NCBI GenBank assembly: GCA_965648905.1
Contig: CBFGIT010000037.1
Location: 1-23,497, forward strand
Reading direction: 5' to 3'
DNA from: a candidate division WOR-3 bacterium
Lineage (GTDB): Bacteria > Hydrothermota > Tepidihabitantia > Tepidihabitantales > Tepidihabitantaceae
Length of the DNA stretch: 23,497 nt
Below are positions 22,977 to 23,497 of this stretch, piece by piece (within the stretch, counting starts at the first letter, position 1; the number at the start of each line of letters is the position of its first letter). The position numbers were made by a program, and so were the translations under genes. The notes under the pieces were generated by a model. It was not told the origin of the DNA. It did not search any database and saw only the letters and a list, made by a program, of their open reading frames with translations.

Positions 22977-23206
22977 GCTGCTGCACGCCAGCCGGGCAAC
23001 GTGCTGACAATTCACCCGAAGGAGTCTTCGCAGTCCCGGGCCGGCTCAAGCGCCATCGTGCGGATATTGCGCGGGGTGCGGAGATTCTTCCAACCATATG
23101 CAACCGCGTAGTGCTACGCGGCGAAGACCCCCGCACCCCTTGTATCGCCGAAAAAAGACAAGCCCCGGGCCCGGCACATGCCGGAACACGGGGAACGGGC
23201 AGCAAC
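22977..23206. ncRNA. candidate ~230-nt rod-like structured RNA (strand unresolved)
   Basis: Nested helices by eye: 22977-84/23199-206, 23000-05/23185-90, 23006-09/23179-82, 23036-42/23168-74, 23043-48/23159-64, 23073-84/23128-39, 23086-90/23123-27, apical 23104-11/23114-21. About seven mismatches become G-U pairs on the minus strand. Confidence 0.4.
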
Positions 23207-23257
23207 GGTCGGAATACTCGCGGTCGGTCTGGTCAACCAAGTCCTTTGTTCAGAAGA

Positions 23258-23285
23258 AGAGTAGCACCATCGACGACATAGTCAA
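23258..23285 (-). promoter_or_regulatory. sigma70-like promoter pointing left (toward the rod RNA and Cys peptide)
   Basis: Minus strand TTGACT (23285-80), N16, TACTCT (23263-58). Confidence 0.5.
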
Positions 23286-23295
23286 GGCCGGCGTT

Positions 23296-23324
23296 TTGAC
23301 GAAAGAGCGCTGCTGTGGTATAAT
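23296..23324 (+). promoter_or_regulatory. strong near-consensus sigma70 promoter pointing right
   Basis: TTGACG (23296-301), N17, extended -10 TGg-TATAAT (23319-24); predicted +1 near 23331. Confidence 0.8.
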
Positions 23325-23353
23325 TATTACGCATATGGTTAGGAGAATCACAC

Positions 23354-23497
23354 ATGGGGCCTTGCCGCAGCCACCGCCGCTACCCACTTAGCACAATAGC
23401 ATTTGCCTGCACCGGCCAAGCCCGGTCGGTTCTGCTTTGCCGGCCCAGGGGGCCGGACAATGCTGGCCCCAAGGGCACACCGTTGCACCATCCTCAG
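23354..23497 (+). other. start of a structured transcript or possible ORF running off the window
   Basis: AGGAG (23341-45) then ATG 23354, open to the window end (MGPCRSHRRYPLSTIAFACTGQARSVLLCRPRGPDNAGPKGTPLHHPQ...). No recognisable family, and the region folds extensively, so it may be leader or ncRNA. Confidence 0.25.

Larger units (their letters stand above)
23081..23351. repeat. 21-bp imperfect inverted repeat pair (23081-23101 and 23331-23351)
   Basis: The reverse complement of 23081-101 is GCATATGGTTGGAAGAATCTC; 23331-351 is GCATATGGTTAGGAGAATCAC. 18/21 identical with a 10-bp perfect core. Confidence 0.7.

Noticed and set aside
22939..23391. ORFs 22939..23205(-), 23046..23240(-) and 23098..23391(+)
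   Set aside because: No convincing RBS or protein-like composition; they overlap the fold-back and promoter elements.
22977..23497. tmRNA, RNase P RNA, SRP RNA or retron msr-msd
   Set aside because: No tRNA-like ends with a T-arm, no GAGGAAAGUCC, no SRP GGAA-loop domain, and no reverse transcriptase gene visible. A retron cannot be fully excluded because the window ends.

Overview
GC-rich bacterial window. Protein styles (FG-GAP/CARDB and C25 peptidase proteins with FlgD/T9SS-like C-termini, a PorV/PorQ-family barrel, a TPR-fused sigma54-type ATPase) suggest an FCB-affiliated lineage such as candidate phylum WOR-3; this is inference. From the left: two paralogous Cys-rich zinc-ribbon-like genes on the minus strand (one is a lipoprotein missing from the ORF track and runs off the window), a divergent TPR-AAA+-Fis regulator with a degenerate GAFTGA loop, and a repeat-rich spacer. 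Then a 1731-aa secreted FG-GAP/CARDB protein followed by a PorV/PorQ-family protein, an archaeal-type AspRS, a two-CXXC disulfide oxidoreductase, a lipoprotein plus a NucA-type endonuclease lipoprotein, a stand-alone EF-G paralogue, tRNA-Asn(GUU), a gingipain-like C25 peptidase and an acidic secreted protein. The least explained part is the last ~950 bp. It holds an unannotated 39-aa peptide with 9 Cys, a heptamer array, a ~230-nt rod-like fold-back between convergent promoter candidates, a 21-bp inverted repeat linking that rod to the RBS of the next transcript, and back-to-back promoters. Most sigma70-like promoters have 16-bp spacers and several genes look leaderless. All calls were made by eye; no searches or folding programs were run.
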